This document shows, one piece after another, positions 8,913 to 17,755 of a DNA stretch of 31,498 nucleotides (position 1 is its first letter; every line of letters begins with the position of its first letter). The DNA is taken from the IMG/VR virus record IMGVR_UViG_3300017722_005427, positions 1 to 31,498 of that record; one strand, given 5' to 3'. The notes beneath the pieces are model-generated. The model did not search any database. It worked only from the letters and a program-made list of their open reading frames with translations, and had not been told where the DNA came from. Position numbers and translations under genes: made by a program. The DNA comes from a virus (taxonomy: Duplodnaviria; Caudoviricetes).

Positions 8913-9164
8913 ATGAAAGAAATTATAGTCCAGAACACAACTTGCTTTGAGGAACACAAGAAGAGATCCTTGGCTTGCGAGAAGTCAAGCTGCAGGAACT
9001 GGATGAACTGCGGAAAGCACCTGAACTGTGCAATTGTCGCGTCCGACTCAGGACCCTGGATCTTACAGGACATTGGCGACATCTTTGGAGTAACCAGGAT
9101 GAGGATCTGTCAGATCGAGAAGGACATCATTGGAAAGCTTGCAAAGACTGAAGTCGGGAAATGA
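8913..9164 (+). CDS. Small Cys-rich protein with a sigma70 region-4-like HTH
   Basis: LQDIGDIFGVTRMRICQIEKDIIGKL matches the region 4.2 pattern TLEEVGxxFxVTRERIRQIExKALxKL. The N-terminal part is Cys/His-rich. Confidence 0.8.
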   Translation: MKEIIVQNTTCFEEHKKRSLACEKSSCRNWMNCGKHLNCAIVASDSGPWILQDIGDIFGVTRMRICQIEKDIIGKLAKTEVGK

Positions 9165-9167
9165 AAA

Positions 9168-9188
9168 TCGCCGGCACATGGCCGGCGA
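9168..9188. terminator. Hairpin terminator between convergent genes
   Basis: TCGCCGGC-N5-GCCGGCGA, followed by TTTT on the minus strand. Confidence 0.6.
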
Positions 9189-9208
9189 CATCATGGAGAC
9201 GCAGAAGA

Positions 9209-9406
9209 TTATTCCTCTGTCTTCCTGTCCTTCTCGGTCTCAAGGCTCTCCTTGACGAGAGCGGCAACCTCATTCTTCAGGAGCCTGAGTCCCTTTCGTG
9301 CGCGGATGCCAGCGCTGGCATTCCCATTCTCTTGCTTTACAATGTCCAGGTCGAGGCTGTTCACCAGTACCTTGATCTCTTCCCACTTGCTCTTCAGATT
9401 TGCCAT
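9209..9406 (-). CDS. Histone H1-like (Hc1 N-terminal domain family) small protein
   Basis: KQENGNASAGIRARKGLRLLK...KESLE matches the GNKAAGxRxRK pattern of chlamydial Hc1 and short bacterial 'histone H1' proteins. Confidence 0.72.
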   Translation of the reverse strand: MANLKSKWEEIKVLVNSLDLDIVKQENGNASAGIRARKGLRLLKNEVAALVKESLETEKDRKTEE

Positions 9407-9416
9407 GTTTCCCTCT

Positions 9417-9656
9417 TTAAGTTATGATTGGACTGGAGTCATGCGCCTCGCCCAGACCATCGAGCAGGGGCTTCACGACTTCCACGACGCCGTCCAGCGC
9501 CTCTCTATCCTCCAGCTCAAGGGCTAGAAGGTAGATGATTTTTGTAATCTGATACTGTGACACTCCAAACTTGAGGATCTCCTGTGCGATCTCGCGGGCC
9601 TTGATTGAGTCTTGTACCCGCTTCTCACCAGAGATCGTACCATACAGCTTCGTCAC
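9417..9656 (-). CDS. Hypothetical protein
   Basis: GTG start overlapping the upstream stop, with GGAGG RBS. Confidence 0.7.
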   Translation of the reverse strand: MTKLYGTISGEKRVQDSIKAREIAQEILKFGVSQYQITKIIYLLALELEDREALDGVVEVVKPLLDGLGEAHDSSPIIT

Positions 9657-10111
9657 ATATCCTCCGTATTGAACGGCTCGATTCTAAAATTACTCGGACC
9701 GTCGATGCGTAAAATCTTTCCAGATACTCCCGCTTCAAGCTCCTCCTTGACTAGGGTCGTCCAGTATCCCCACTTCTGATTGTGGAATGCAAACTGCACG
9801 TACTGCCATGTTGCTAAGTCACAAGAGTATGATTCCAGGATATTCGTCAACGAAGTAGGCAGCGTGAGCTTGATGTCCTTCTCAGAGAGCAGAGACCTGA
9901 GCTCGTCCTTTCCAACCAGAAGCTCAGACTTACAGATGTCAGTCACCTTGTGGACTGCACCACAGTTGTTGCACTGAGCGTACGAAGGCTGAACCTTGTC
10001 ATCGTCTCCGATCACGCTGAAGACTACAAATTTGTGAAACACCTGGTTTGGCTTGCCCTTCAGCTGGGGCAAGATACACATGCACTCGATCAGGTGCTTC
10101 GTTCCATCCAT
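9653..10111 (-). CDS. Hypothetical protein with a probable Zn site
   Basis: ECMC...H...CNNCGAVH...C, tightly packed in the operon. Confidence 0.75.
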   Translation of the reverse strand: MDGTKHLIECMCILPQLKGKPNQVFHKFVVFSVIGDDDKVQPSYAQCNNCGAVHKVTDICKSELLVGKDELRSLLSEKDIKLTLPTSLTNILESYSCDLATWQYVQFAFHNQKWGYWTTLVKEELEAGVSGKILRIDGPSNFRIEPFNTEDM

Positions 10112-10112
10112 G

Positions 10113-10340
10113 TCAGGAGTACATCTTCACAATCTGGTCGAGCGCAGCACCTCGGCACTTCTCGTTAGAAGCCCTAACAAGCTCAGAAAGCTTGTTGAGC
10201 GCGTTGTCATCGAGGTTAAGCTGCTGGCGGTTCTGTAGGATGAGAGACACGGTCTCATTAGCATTGAGGTCGAAGATTCCATTGATTAGAGAGCCGACCT
10301 GCGACTGCTTTGGTCCAGTCGGTGCGAAAGTTTTAGACAT
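10113..10340 (-). CDS. Hypothetical protein (75 aa, start revised)
   Basis: AGGAG RBS before ATG at 10340 (MSKTFAPT). This start avoids overlap with 10372..10884. Confidence 0.7.
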   Translation of the reverse strand: MSKTFAPTGPKQSQVGSLINGIFDLNANETVSLILQNRQQLNLDDNALNKLSELVRASNEKCRGAALDQIVKMYS

Positions 10341-10371
10341 TTTCTGTTTACTCCTGAAGAAGTGTATCGTG

Positions 10372-10884
10372 CTAAGCAGCGTTAGTAAATGCATTTTTGG
10401 TCTTTTTGTCCGCGAGACAGCTAGCGGCCCATGACTCCGGCTTGATGACAGGCCTGAAGCCCATTCCAAGAACATATGACTGCAAGTTCTTCTGGCAAAC
10501 TGAAGAGCCGGCAGATGGATCGCTGCTACAATCAAGGTGCACTGCGATGTTTAGGTCACCATACATGTCTCGGAGGATCTGGGCAATCTCAAGAGAGTGA
10601 GAAGTCTCGAGCTCAAGCCTCTTTCTGAGGCTGGGAACCTCGCTCTTTGAGATCTTCTCTCTTGACCAGAAGTACTTGCCACCGCGTCCAGGGTGATAGA
10701 GCGCAATCACCGTCACAAACGAGATCTGCTTTCCCTTCGGGTCTGAGTCAGTGCCAACATGGAGCTCAGCGCCACTGTCGATCTCTTCCAGGACCTGTGA
10801 CAGGATATCATAGAAGTCATACTCGACCTGCGCTCCGGAGAACCAGTGCCTATCCTTGATTTGTCTTTCTGGTATCATCTGCAA
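10372..10884 (-). CDS. RNase H-like YkuK/DUF458 family protein
   Basis: VGTDS, FVTVIALYHPGRGG, ETxxSLEIA, VHLD, IKPESWAASCLAD. Exact start uncertain. Confidence 0.85.
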   Translation of the reverse strand: MQMIPERQIKDRHWFSGAQVEYDFYDILSQVLEEIDSGAELHVGTDSDPKGKQISFVTVIALYHPGRGGKYFWSREKISKSEVPSLRKRLELETSHSLEIAQILRDMYGDLNIAVHLDCSSDPSAGSSVCQKNLQSYVLGMGFRPVIKPESWAASCLADKKTKNAFTNAA

Positions 10885-12175
10885 TCACTGCTCCTATCGA
10901 TTTCATCGTTTCTGCGAGCCTGCTGCCAATCTTCATTCCATTGATAAGAGAGCCAGCAGGCAGGTCACCAATCTTAGGTAGCATTTCAGAAACAAATTCG
11001 GAGTCGTCAATGTCCTTACTCGATATTCTACCAGTCAGGCAGAACCCGTTTACTATTCCAAGAGCTGCGCGGATCCTGTCTTCAAGAAGACCAGCTAGCT
11101 CGCCAACACATCTCCCGAGGCATATCTCGACAATTGCGGGATTTAAACTTGCCGCGCGTTCTTCGAACAGCTTTCTCTTGTCTTCCACCTGCTCCTGTGC
11201 AGCTTGCTCAAGAAGCCACCGTGCGTGGAGCCAGACGCTTTTTGACCGCTCAGGATTCTCTATCGTACATTCGTTTTTATTCGAAGAAATCCTTCGGACA
11301 GATGGAATGGAATCAAGCTTCAGGCTTGATACAAGCTCTCCCTTCAGCGGAGAGATAGGATCGTGTCCCACACAGACGCCGAGGTCTCTCAGCATGTTTA
11401 TTGCGTCGATGCTCACGGGAATACGGTGCGGGATGACCCTCAGAGACCCTCTGAGGTAGTTTACCGCAAGAGTGTGTATTACCTCTGGTTCGTATCCCCG
11501 GGCAAACAGACACAACCTGCGCTTGGATGCAGAGTAGTGCTCGAGTAGGTGATGGATCTCGGAAACTGCAGTGATGACTCCATCAATCAGCGCAACATCG
11601 CAGTCCAGAAAGTCAAATTCTGAGATGCTAGTTCCCCGGCAGAAAGAATGTTCGATACCAGACTTGAAGCGATAACCCTCATGCACTTTGAGCTTTATAT
11701 CATGCTCATCTGATCGACTGACCCTGATGGTACCAGAACCGCCTGCAGCGCTCAGCGCAGCCCTTACGACAGTGGTTGTTATCTCGCAGGTCGAAACCTT
11801 TGACACAGCTCGATTCAGCTCATCGATATCCATGAATTGAGATCGCCCGCTGTACTTCTCTAGATCGATGCTCTTGTTCATGTAAGCGGCAATAAAACCG
11901 CACAAAGCAAAGTAGCTTGAGCCGGGAACTCTTTTCTCTGCTGAGACTATCGCCTCGACAAGAGCCGATCTGCACGACCTAGCCGAATCTGATTTTGCAG
12001 AAATCTCATACACCATCCGCAAAGAGTCGAGGTACTGGAGGCTCTCAGCTTTCTTGCCAAAAGTGACTGACAGCTTTCCATTGCGTAGTTTACGGACAGC
12101 AGAGTCAAGCTCTTCCACCCACTGGAGGATCTCATCATGCTGCTTACCGCCTGCGACGGGCATCGTAGACATCAA
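10850..12175 (-). CDS. Divergent GroEL/Cpn60-like chaperonin-fold protein
   Basis: EGYRF...LIDGVITAVSEIHHLLE...LFARGYEPEVIHTLAVNYLRGSLRV...MLRDL and KLFEERAASL align by eye with the GroEL apical region. GDGTTT is absent. Confidence 0.7.
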   Translation of the reverse strand: MMSTMPVAGGKQHDEILQWVEELDSAVRKLRNGKLSVTFGKKAESLQYLDSLRMVYEISAKSDSARSCRSALVEAIVSAEKRVPGSSYFALCGFIAAYMNKSIDLEKYSGRSQFMDIDELNRAVSKVSTCEITTTVVRAALSAAGGSGTIRVSRSDEHDIKLKVHEGYRFKSGIEHSFCRGTSISEFDFLDCDVALIDGVITAVSEIHHLLEHYSASKRRLCLFARGYEPEVIHTLAVNYLRGSLRVIPHRIPVSIDAINMLRDLGVCVGHDPISPLKGELVSSLKLDSIPSVRRISSNKNECTIENPERSKSVWLHARWLLEQAAQEQVEDKRKLFEERAASLNPAIVEICLGRCVGELAGLLEDRIRAALGIVNGFCLTGRISSKDIDDSEFVSEMLPKIGDLPAGSLINGMKIGSRLAETMKSIGAVIADDTRKTNQG

Positions 12176-12438
12176 TTTACACTGTCGCCATTGCTACGAA
12201 CAAATTTCCTGAGGCTCTGGAAATTGTCGCTGTCGTTGATCTTGCTTGCTAGCGTGTCGACAAACTTTTGCATATTATCGCTCTGCGTCTTCTTCTCGTG
12301 CATCTTTGTCGCCATATTGAAGAAGGCGCCAAAACAGCCGAGTGCAACAAACACCCAACCAGGGATAGGCATGGCAGAGGATAGCAGGAAGATTCCACCC
12401 GCAATAAGGACTTCAGATGCTCCAAACGTGATGTTCAT
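12172..12438 (-). CDS. Small membrane protein
   Basis: Two N-terminal hydrophobic segments, GAGGAG RBS. Confidence 0.7.
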   Translation of the reverse strand: MNITFGASEVLIAGGIFLLSSAMPIPGWVFVALGCFGAFFNMATKMHEKKTQSDNMQKFVDTLASKINDSDNFQSLRKFVRSNGDSVN

Positions 12439-12489
12439 GGCACTCCTCTATTAGTCTATAACTCTGGCACGGGTGTTGTATAGAAACAA

Positions 12490-12513
12490 AATGGCCCGCG
12501 CTAGCGGGCCATT
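12490..12513 (-). terminator. Intrinsic terminator after prkA
   Basis: 10-bp stem AATGGCCCGC/GCGGGCCATT with a 4-nt loop, then TTGTTT on the minus strand. Confidence 0.8.
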
Positions 12514-12533
12514 GAGGTCTAAAGCTAAATGAC

Positions 12534-14471
12534 TTAGCTATCGCGCCATAGATTGTTGCTGGCGAATGTCAGCACCTCTTCGGCAGACTCAGGAGTGTAT
12601 CCGTACTCATCGACCATGGTGGTGATCATGTTGGAGTACTTCTTCTGCTGGTCGTCGTCTCTGGTCTTGGATTTCGTGACGATCCGCGCCATGTCCTTCA
12701 CAGATGCGATGAGGTATCCCTCGATTGCCTCCTTGAGAGGCTCATACGAAGTGTAGCTCACCTTCTCGTTCCTACGCATCTTCGCAAACATGTAGGCCGT
12801 GACGTCAGACCTGAAACCATCACGGGAGGAGGCGACAATTCCAATCTGCTCCTCGATCGCACGCATGAACTTCTCGTCTGGCTCACGCTCCTCTCTGGTG
12901 ACGCGGTCCTTGATCTTCTGGCGCGTGGTGTACGACTCTGCGTTATCGAGATAGTTGTCGAACAGAGACTGTGCCTGCTCCTCGTAGGCGGTAACGAAAG
13001 CCTTTGCAATCTCGGTCTCGAGTATCTTCAGGTACTCCTCGCGGACGACCTTCTGGATGAGCTCGAGGCACTTGGTGCGGAACTCCTCATCGATCACCTG
13101 CTCCTGGACCTGCTTTGTGATCGCAGTCATGACAGAGATTGGCGTGATGAAGCTCTTTTCCGAATCAGAGAGCGCGTTGTCGATCGCCTTCATGATGAAA
13201 CGGGTAGAGATTCCGTTCATCCCCTCGTCTCTGGCTTCCTCACGCAGATCCTTGATGTCGATCTTCTTCACCCTGCCCTTCTCGATGACCTCCTCACCGT
13301 TGTAGATCTTCATCTTGGTCATCGCATCGCACTTCTGAGTCGGCTTGAGCCGGCTCATCACTGAGAACATCGATGCGACCTTGATCGTGTGCGGGGCAAT
13401 GTGGGCCTTGAAGTCAGACTTCTTGAGGATCTTCTCGTAGATCTTCATCTCCTGGGAGAGCTCAAGGACGTAAGGGACATTGATCTTGACGATTCGGTCG
13501 AGGATTGCCTCGTTGGTGTGCTGGGTGCGGAACCGGTTCCACTCTGCCTCGTTACAGTGTGCGAGGATGACGCCGTCGAAGTAGATCATGTCGTGCTTGC
13601 CAGGAGACGGGACCCTCTTCTCCTGGGTTGCGGTGATGATGGTGTGCAGGAACTCGATCTCGTTCTTGAACACTTCCACGAGCTCAACGATGCCTCGGTT
13701 TCCGACATTGAAGGCGCCATTCAGGGACAGGATCCTGGGATCGTCTTCTGAGTACTTGTCAAGCTTTGAGATGTCCTCAGAGCCAATCAGGACTGATACG
13801 TCCTGCGAGTTTGCGTCCATCGGAGGAACCACCGCAACGCCTCGCCGAGCGCGCTGGGAGAATGTCGACTGGACAACCTCGAACTTCTCGTACTCTCCCT
13901 TGTACTTCTCGAGCAGGACATGTCGCGCGACAGGACTGATGTCACCCTCGATCTTTGCCTCGAGGAGCTTCTCAAACTCGGGACGGAGCGACCTGGGAAT
14001 GAGCTGGAGCGGCTCGCCGCGCTGGGGATCGTCCTTCAGGTGGTAGAACGGCTCGGCATGCTCGATCGCCTTCTTGATGTGCTCGGCAAGGGCTGACTTG
14101 CCTGAGCCAACTGGACCCATGAGCAACAGCACCTGGCGGCTCTCTTCTCCCTTGAGCGCCGCAGACTTCAGGAATCGCATGATCTTTGCAATCACACGCT
14201 CGTGACCAAAGAATTCCTCCTTGAAGTAATCATAGATCTTGATGTTGTCGCCATCGAAGATCTTTCGCTTCCGCGGGTCTTCGTCTGGAAGGACCGAGAA
14301 GCCAAATCCCTCGACAGTGTCGTTGAGACGCTTGTGAGCGTGCTTCACAACACCGGGATTCTCACGGACCACATCGAGGTACTCCAGGAACGTACCCTCG
14401 AACTTGGTGTCCGGCTTGTTATCTCTCTGGCTCTTGATGAGATCGAGAAACTGACTCTTATTCTTTGACAT
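12534..14471 (-). CDS. prkA: PrkA/YeaG family AAA+ 'serine protein kinase'
   Basis: FFGHE, LLLMGPVGSGKS, QDVSVLIG, GAFNVGNRGIVELVEVFK, LAHCNEAEW, NEAILDRI, GISTRF, YGY. ~645 aa. ATG at 14471 preferred over GTG at 14477 on RBS spacing. Confidence 0.95.
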   Translation of the reverse strand: MSKNKSQFLDLIKSQRDNKPDTKFEGTFLEYLDVVRENPGVVKHAHKRLNDTVEGFGFSVLPDEDPRKRKIFDGDNIKIYDYFKEEFFGHERVIAKIMRFLKSAALKGEESRQVLLLMGPVGSGKSALAEHIKKAIEHAEPFYHLKDDPQRGEPLQLIPRSLRPEFEKLLEAKIEGDISPVARHVLLEKYKGEYEKFEVVQSTFSQRARRGVAVVPPMDANSQDVSVLIGSEDISKLDKYSEDDPRILSLNGAFNVGNRGIVELVEVFKNEIEFLHTIITATQEKRVPSPGKHDMIYFDGVILAHCNEAEWNRFRTQHTNEAILDRIVKINVPYVLELSQEMKIYEKILKKSDFKAHIAPHTIKVASMFSVMSRLKPTQKCDAMTKMKIYNGEEVIEKGRVKKIDIKDLREEARDEGMNGISTRFIMKAIDNALSDSEKSFITPISVMTAITKQVQEQVIDEEFRTKCLELIQKVVREEYLKILETEIAKAFVTAYEEQAQSLFDNYLDNAESYTTRQKIKDRVTREEREPDEKFMRAIEEQIGIVASSRDGFRSDVTAYMFAKMRRNEKVSYTSYEPLKEAIEGYLIASVKDMARIVTKSKTRDDDQQKKYSNMITTMVDEYGYTPESAEEVLTFASNNLWRDS

Positions 14472-14480
14472 TGACACCTC

Positions 14481-15791
14481 TCAGATTTCGAAGGGTTCGC
14501 CTTCCAAAGTTGTTAGGAGCTTCACTTCGCTCTTCCAAATTGCTGACACATGATCGATAACCTTTTCTGCGTAGCCGATTTCGAGGTCCCTTCCATCGTG
14601 CTCGTGGTGCAGCACTAAGACGTTGCCCTTGTCGACAGATTCAACATAGATCGTTGGAATCGTATTCGCGCCGACCTGCCTGATTAGGTCCTCTTTGACC
14701 TCTTTCCATCCCTGCTCGTCAGAGACATCCTCAACCACGTAGTTGTCCTTCTTGCGTCCATATGAGAACAGGTTGAGGTCTTCACACATCTGCTGAGTCA
14801 GGTAATTCCTGATGAAGGACTCATCGTTGCAGGCTTCCCTAGCGAGAAAGCACTCTTCGATTCCAAACCGCTTCTCGATATCGTGGAACATGTGGAACCC
14901 GAGATGATACGGATTGATCGAGCCGATGGCGGGCCTTATCACCTGGTTGTGGGACTTGATGAATGGAAGATGGAGCTCTGCAGGAAGCTCTAGGTCGTGG
15001 AGGATTCGGTAGTGCCAGAAGCTGGCCCAACCCTCGTTCATAATCTTGGTGCGGATCTGGGGCATGAAATACTGGGACTCGGTCCTCACGATGTCGACGA
15101 TATCTCGTTCCCAGTCCTCAAGGACAGCGTGTTCGCACAGGAAACCGAGAACATCGTACTCCTTCTCAAGCGGAACCTTGTCCAGATTCATTGCAGCAAC
15201 ATTCCCACCCCGCTCCTTCTGTTCCTTGAACTTCTGGATTATTTCCTTCTTCTTGACGGAGTGCGGAATGTACTCTTTGGGAAAGCGGTAGGTCTGAAAC
15301 TGAATCGAGTGAGCCGCGTCAAGCAGCTCCTCGACCTTGATGATTCCTATGCTTGGGTCCTCGATGTATCCCTGAATCCTCTTCCGTGCGTTCCTGAACC
15401 GGTGCACGATGATGTCCGGCTGGGTGTTCGAAAACATCCGATTGTTCTTGAAGAAGTCACTGTGCCCGACGCAGTGCGCCATGATGAGCACCTGGAGGTA
15501 CAGTGGATTCTCTCGCATCAGGTAGGCGATGCTCGGGTTTGAGTTGATGATGAGCTCGTAAGGAAGGCCCTCTGCACCGAGGTTGTACATCTGGTGCGTG
15601 CGCTCGAAGGACTTGCCGAAGGACCAGTGCGGGTAGTGGCTCGGCATGCCGTGGTAAGACATGTGCCCCATCATCTCGTAGTAGTCGCAGGTCTCATAGA
15701 CTATCGGGAACCAATCGAGCTTGTGGCCCTCAGCAATCTCAATGATCCGCCTGTCGTAATCTTCCAGCTCCTTGAAGGTCCAATCAGACAT
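14481..15791 (-). CDS. spoVR: SpoVR/YcgB family protein
   Basis: GMPSHYPHWSFGK, YELIINSNPSIAYLM, AHCVGHSDFFKNN, YFMPQIRTKIMNEGWASFWH, NPYHLG. Confidence 0.95.
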   Translation of the reverse strand: MSDWTFKELEDYDRRIIEIAEGHKLDWFPIVYETCDYYEMMGHMSYHGMPSHYPHWSFGKSFERTHQMYNLGAEGLPYELIINSNPSIAYLMRENPLYLQVLIMAHCVGHSDFFKNNRMFSNTQPDIIVHRFRNARKRIQGYIEDPSIGIIKVEELLDAAHSIQFQTYRFPKEYIPHSVKKKEIIQKFKEQKERGGNVAAMNLDKVPLEKEYDVLGFLCEHAVLEDWERDIVDIVRTESQYFMPQIRTKIMNEGWASFWHYRILHDLELPAELHLPFIKSHNQVIRPAIGSINPYHLGFHMFHDIEKRFGIEECFLAREACNDESFIRNYLTQQMCEDLNLFSYGRKKDNYVVEDVSDEQGWKEVKEDLIRQVGANTIPTIYVESVDKGNVLVLHHEHDGRDLEIGYAEKVIDHVSAIWKSEVKLLTTLEGEPFEI

Positions 15792-16960
15792 TACAGTTTT
15801 CCTCCAAAGAATGACTTGAATGCGGGCCAGATGTCCTTGGGTGCGGCGATATTTGCAATCTTGAAGTTTGTATCCTTGAGCGGCTGGAGAAGGTTGCCGA
15901 GCATCGTGTCATTCTGCTGCCACTTCATCTTCTCTTTCTCTGGCTCTATCTCGCAGTAGCCATAAAGCTGGCACAGCGGCTTAAGCACCCTGAGCCGCTC
16001 TAGAAGCTTCGAGTTATCATTCGAGAAGTTGTCTCCATCGCTACACTGGAACACGTAGATGTTCCAGGCCGACTGGTGATACCTCTTCTCGATGATCTGG
16101 CTCACCATGTCTATCGCGGGAGATACCATAGTGCCACCAGATGACCCACGCTTGAAGAACTGGTCCTCATTTACCTCATATGCCGCAGTGTCGTGGGCAA
16201 TGAACACGATCTTCGTGTTCTCGTACCTTGAGCGCACAAAGTGATATAGCAAGAAGAAGAAGCTTCTTGCTAGGTACTTCTTATCGTCTGTCATCGATCC
16301 AGAGACGTCCATGATGAAGAAGATCACCGCATTCGAGGAAGGCTGCGAGACCTGCTTGATGTGCTTGTAGCGCAGGTCGTCATCATTGAAGGAGAAGCCG
16401 TCCTCGGAATCTGGGTCATAAGACCCTGTCGACTTTGCGACATTTCGGCGCCGGAGCATGCGCTTCACGGTCTCCTTCTTGTCCAGTCGGGGCCTGATTC
16501 CCTCGTTCCTGTGACCGTGGCGCTTCATCTTCTCAGTGATGACCTGCCTGAGAGACTTCTTCTCAAGCTCAGGAAGCTCAAGGCTGTCAAAGAGGTAGTG
16601 GGCTAGCTCCTCGAGAGTAATCTCTACCTCGTAGACTTCCTCACCTGCCTCGTCGCCGCCCTTGCCCTGCTTTCCCTTCTGGGGCTTTCCAGCGCTCCCG
16701 ACGGTCTGGCCTCGAGAGACGTCCTTTCCAGGAGCAGATCCGACCTGACGATTTCCATTATCGCCATAGACGAACCTGTACTCCTTGATTCCCTTGACGG
16801 GGATCTTGATCTTCTTCTTGCCGTCCTGACCGATGATCGATTCATCAGCGACAATATCGTGGATTCCTTCCTTGATTGCCCTGTCTATCTTCTCTTTGTG
16901 GCGTCGGCGATCTGAGGCCGACCTATCGGCTGAGGTCTTGTGCTCTTTGAAAACAGACAT
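15791..16960 (-). CDS. yeaH: YeaH/YhbH (DUF444) vWA-domain protein
   Basis: DRRRHKEKI, LELPEL, DDLRY, MIDAS-like MDVSGSM, GGT, SDGDN. Stop overlaps the spoVR start (TAATG). Confidence 0.93.
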   Translation of the reverse strand: MSVFKEHKTSADRSASDRRRHKEKIDRAIKEGIHDIVADESIIGQDGKKKIKIPVKGIKEYRFVYGDNGNRQVGSAPGKDVSRGQTVGSAGKPQKGKQGKGGDEAGEEVYEVEITLEELAHYLFDSLELPELEKKSLRQVITEKMKRHGHRNEGIRPRLDKKETVKRMLRRRNVAKSTGSYDPDSEDGFSFNDDDLRYKHIKQVSQPSSNAVIFFIMDVSGSMTDDKKYLARSFFFLLYHFVRSRYENTKIVFIAHDTAAYEVNEDQFFKRGSSGGTMVSPAIDMVSQIIEKRYHQSAWNIYVFQCSDGDNFSNDNSKLLERLRVLKPLCQLYGYCEIEPEKEKMKWQQNDTMLGNLLQPLKDTNFKIANIAAPKDIWPAFKSFFGGKL

Positions 16961-16983
16961 ACTAATATGTATCCACCAAGAAG

Positions 16984-17427
16984 TTAGTATAAACTCTCGG
17001 TGCTCTTCAGAATGTCTCTAGCCCAAATAACTGCCGGCTGTAGATAGGGATGGAACTTATCGTGGTCTGTCTCGAGGTCTAGCCACTTCAGGCCGTGGTG
17101 CTCCACGATTCCAGTCTTCAGGTTCTTCTTTATCTTGGGGTCCTTGTTGGTGACCGCAATGTAGAGTGTCAGGTGCCGGAGCTTCAGATTAAGCTCTTGC
17201 CACGGCATCTCTGATTCTTCAACAGCGATGTCGCACTCTTCAAAGCACTCTCGCTTTGCGGCTTCGAGAATCGGTTCATCGATTCGATCGACTCCGCCCT
17301 TTGGTAGGTCGTAGGTGCTGTAGAATCTCAGGCCAAGAACCTTCCATCCCTCGTCAAACTTTCGAAGGACAACAAATCCAGCACCGGGGCGGCGGGGCTT
17401 TTCCTTCTTACTTGCGGGTGTAGTCAT
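16984..17427 (-). CDS. NUDIX hydrolase
   Basis: LPKGGVDRIDEPILEAAKRECFEECDI Nudix box. Confidence 0.88.
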   Translation of the reverse strand: MTTPASKKEKPRRPGAGFVVLRKFDEGWKVLGLRFYSTYDLPKGGVDRIDEPILEAAKRECFEECDIAVEESEMPWQELNLKLRHLTLYIAVTNKDPKIKKNLKTGIVEHHGLKWLDLETDHDKFHPYLQPAVIWARDILKSTESLY

Positions 17428-17755
17428 CTTCGAGCCTCACAACATCTTCAATTTCAGGAGTTGAGACTTCAATGAGCTGCACATCACCATCGTAGGCGCA
17501 GAATCGATGCACCGTTCCTGGAGTGACGTGAAAAATGCTGCCAACAGAATACTTTGCGGAATGGGAGCCAGCATCGCCAGGAACACCACACTCGATTGTG
17601 GCGACCCCAGACATGACCCTGATCGTCTCTTCCTTGCGCTCATGGTACTGGCGGCTGAGGCGATGGCCTGACCTGATGAACAGGATCTTGCCGAGGTACT
17701 TTGGAGTCTCGGCCCAGATCTCTTCGTGGCCCCATGGCTTCTCTACAATCCTCAT
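17408..17755 (-). CDS. Cupin (mannose-6-phosphate isomerase type II C-terminal-like)
   Basis: VEKPWG, LSRQYHERKEET, PGTVHRF, EVSTPEIEDVVRLEDDY. Confidence 0.88.
   Translation of the reverse strand: MRIVEKPWGHEEIWAETPKYLGKILFIRSGHRLSRQYHERKEETIRVMSGVATIECGVPGDAGSHSAKYSVGSIFHVTPGTVHRFCAYDGDVQLIEVSTPEIEDVVRLEDDYTRK

Noticed and set aside
10341-10535. N-terminal extension of ORF 10113..10535
   Set aside because: It overlaps the YkuK-like gene, and a good RBS precedes ATG at 10340.
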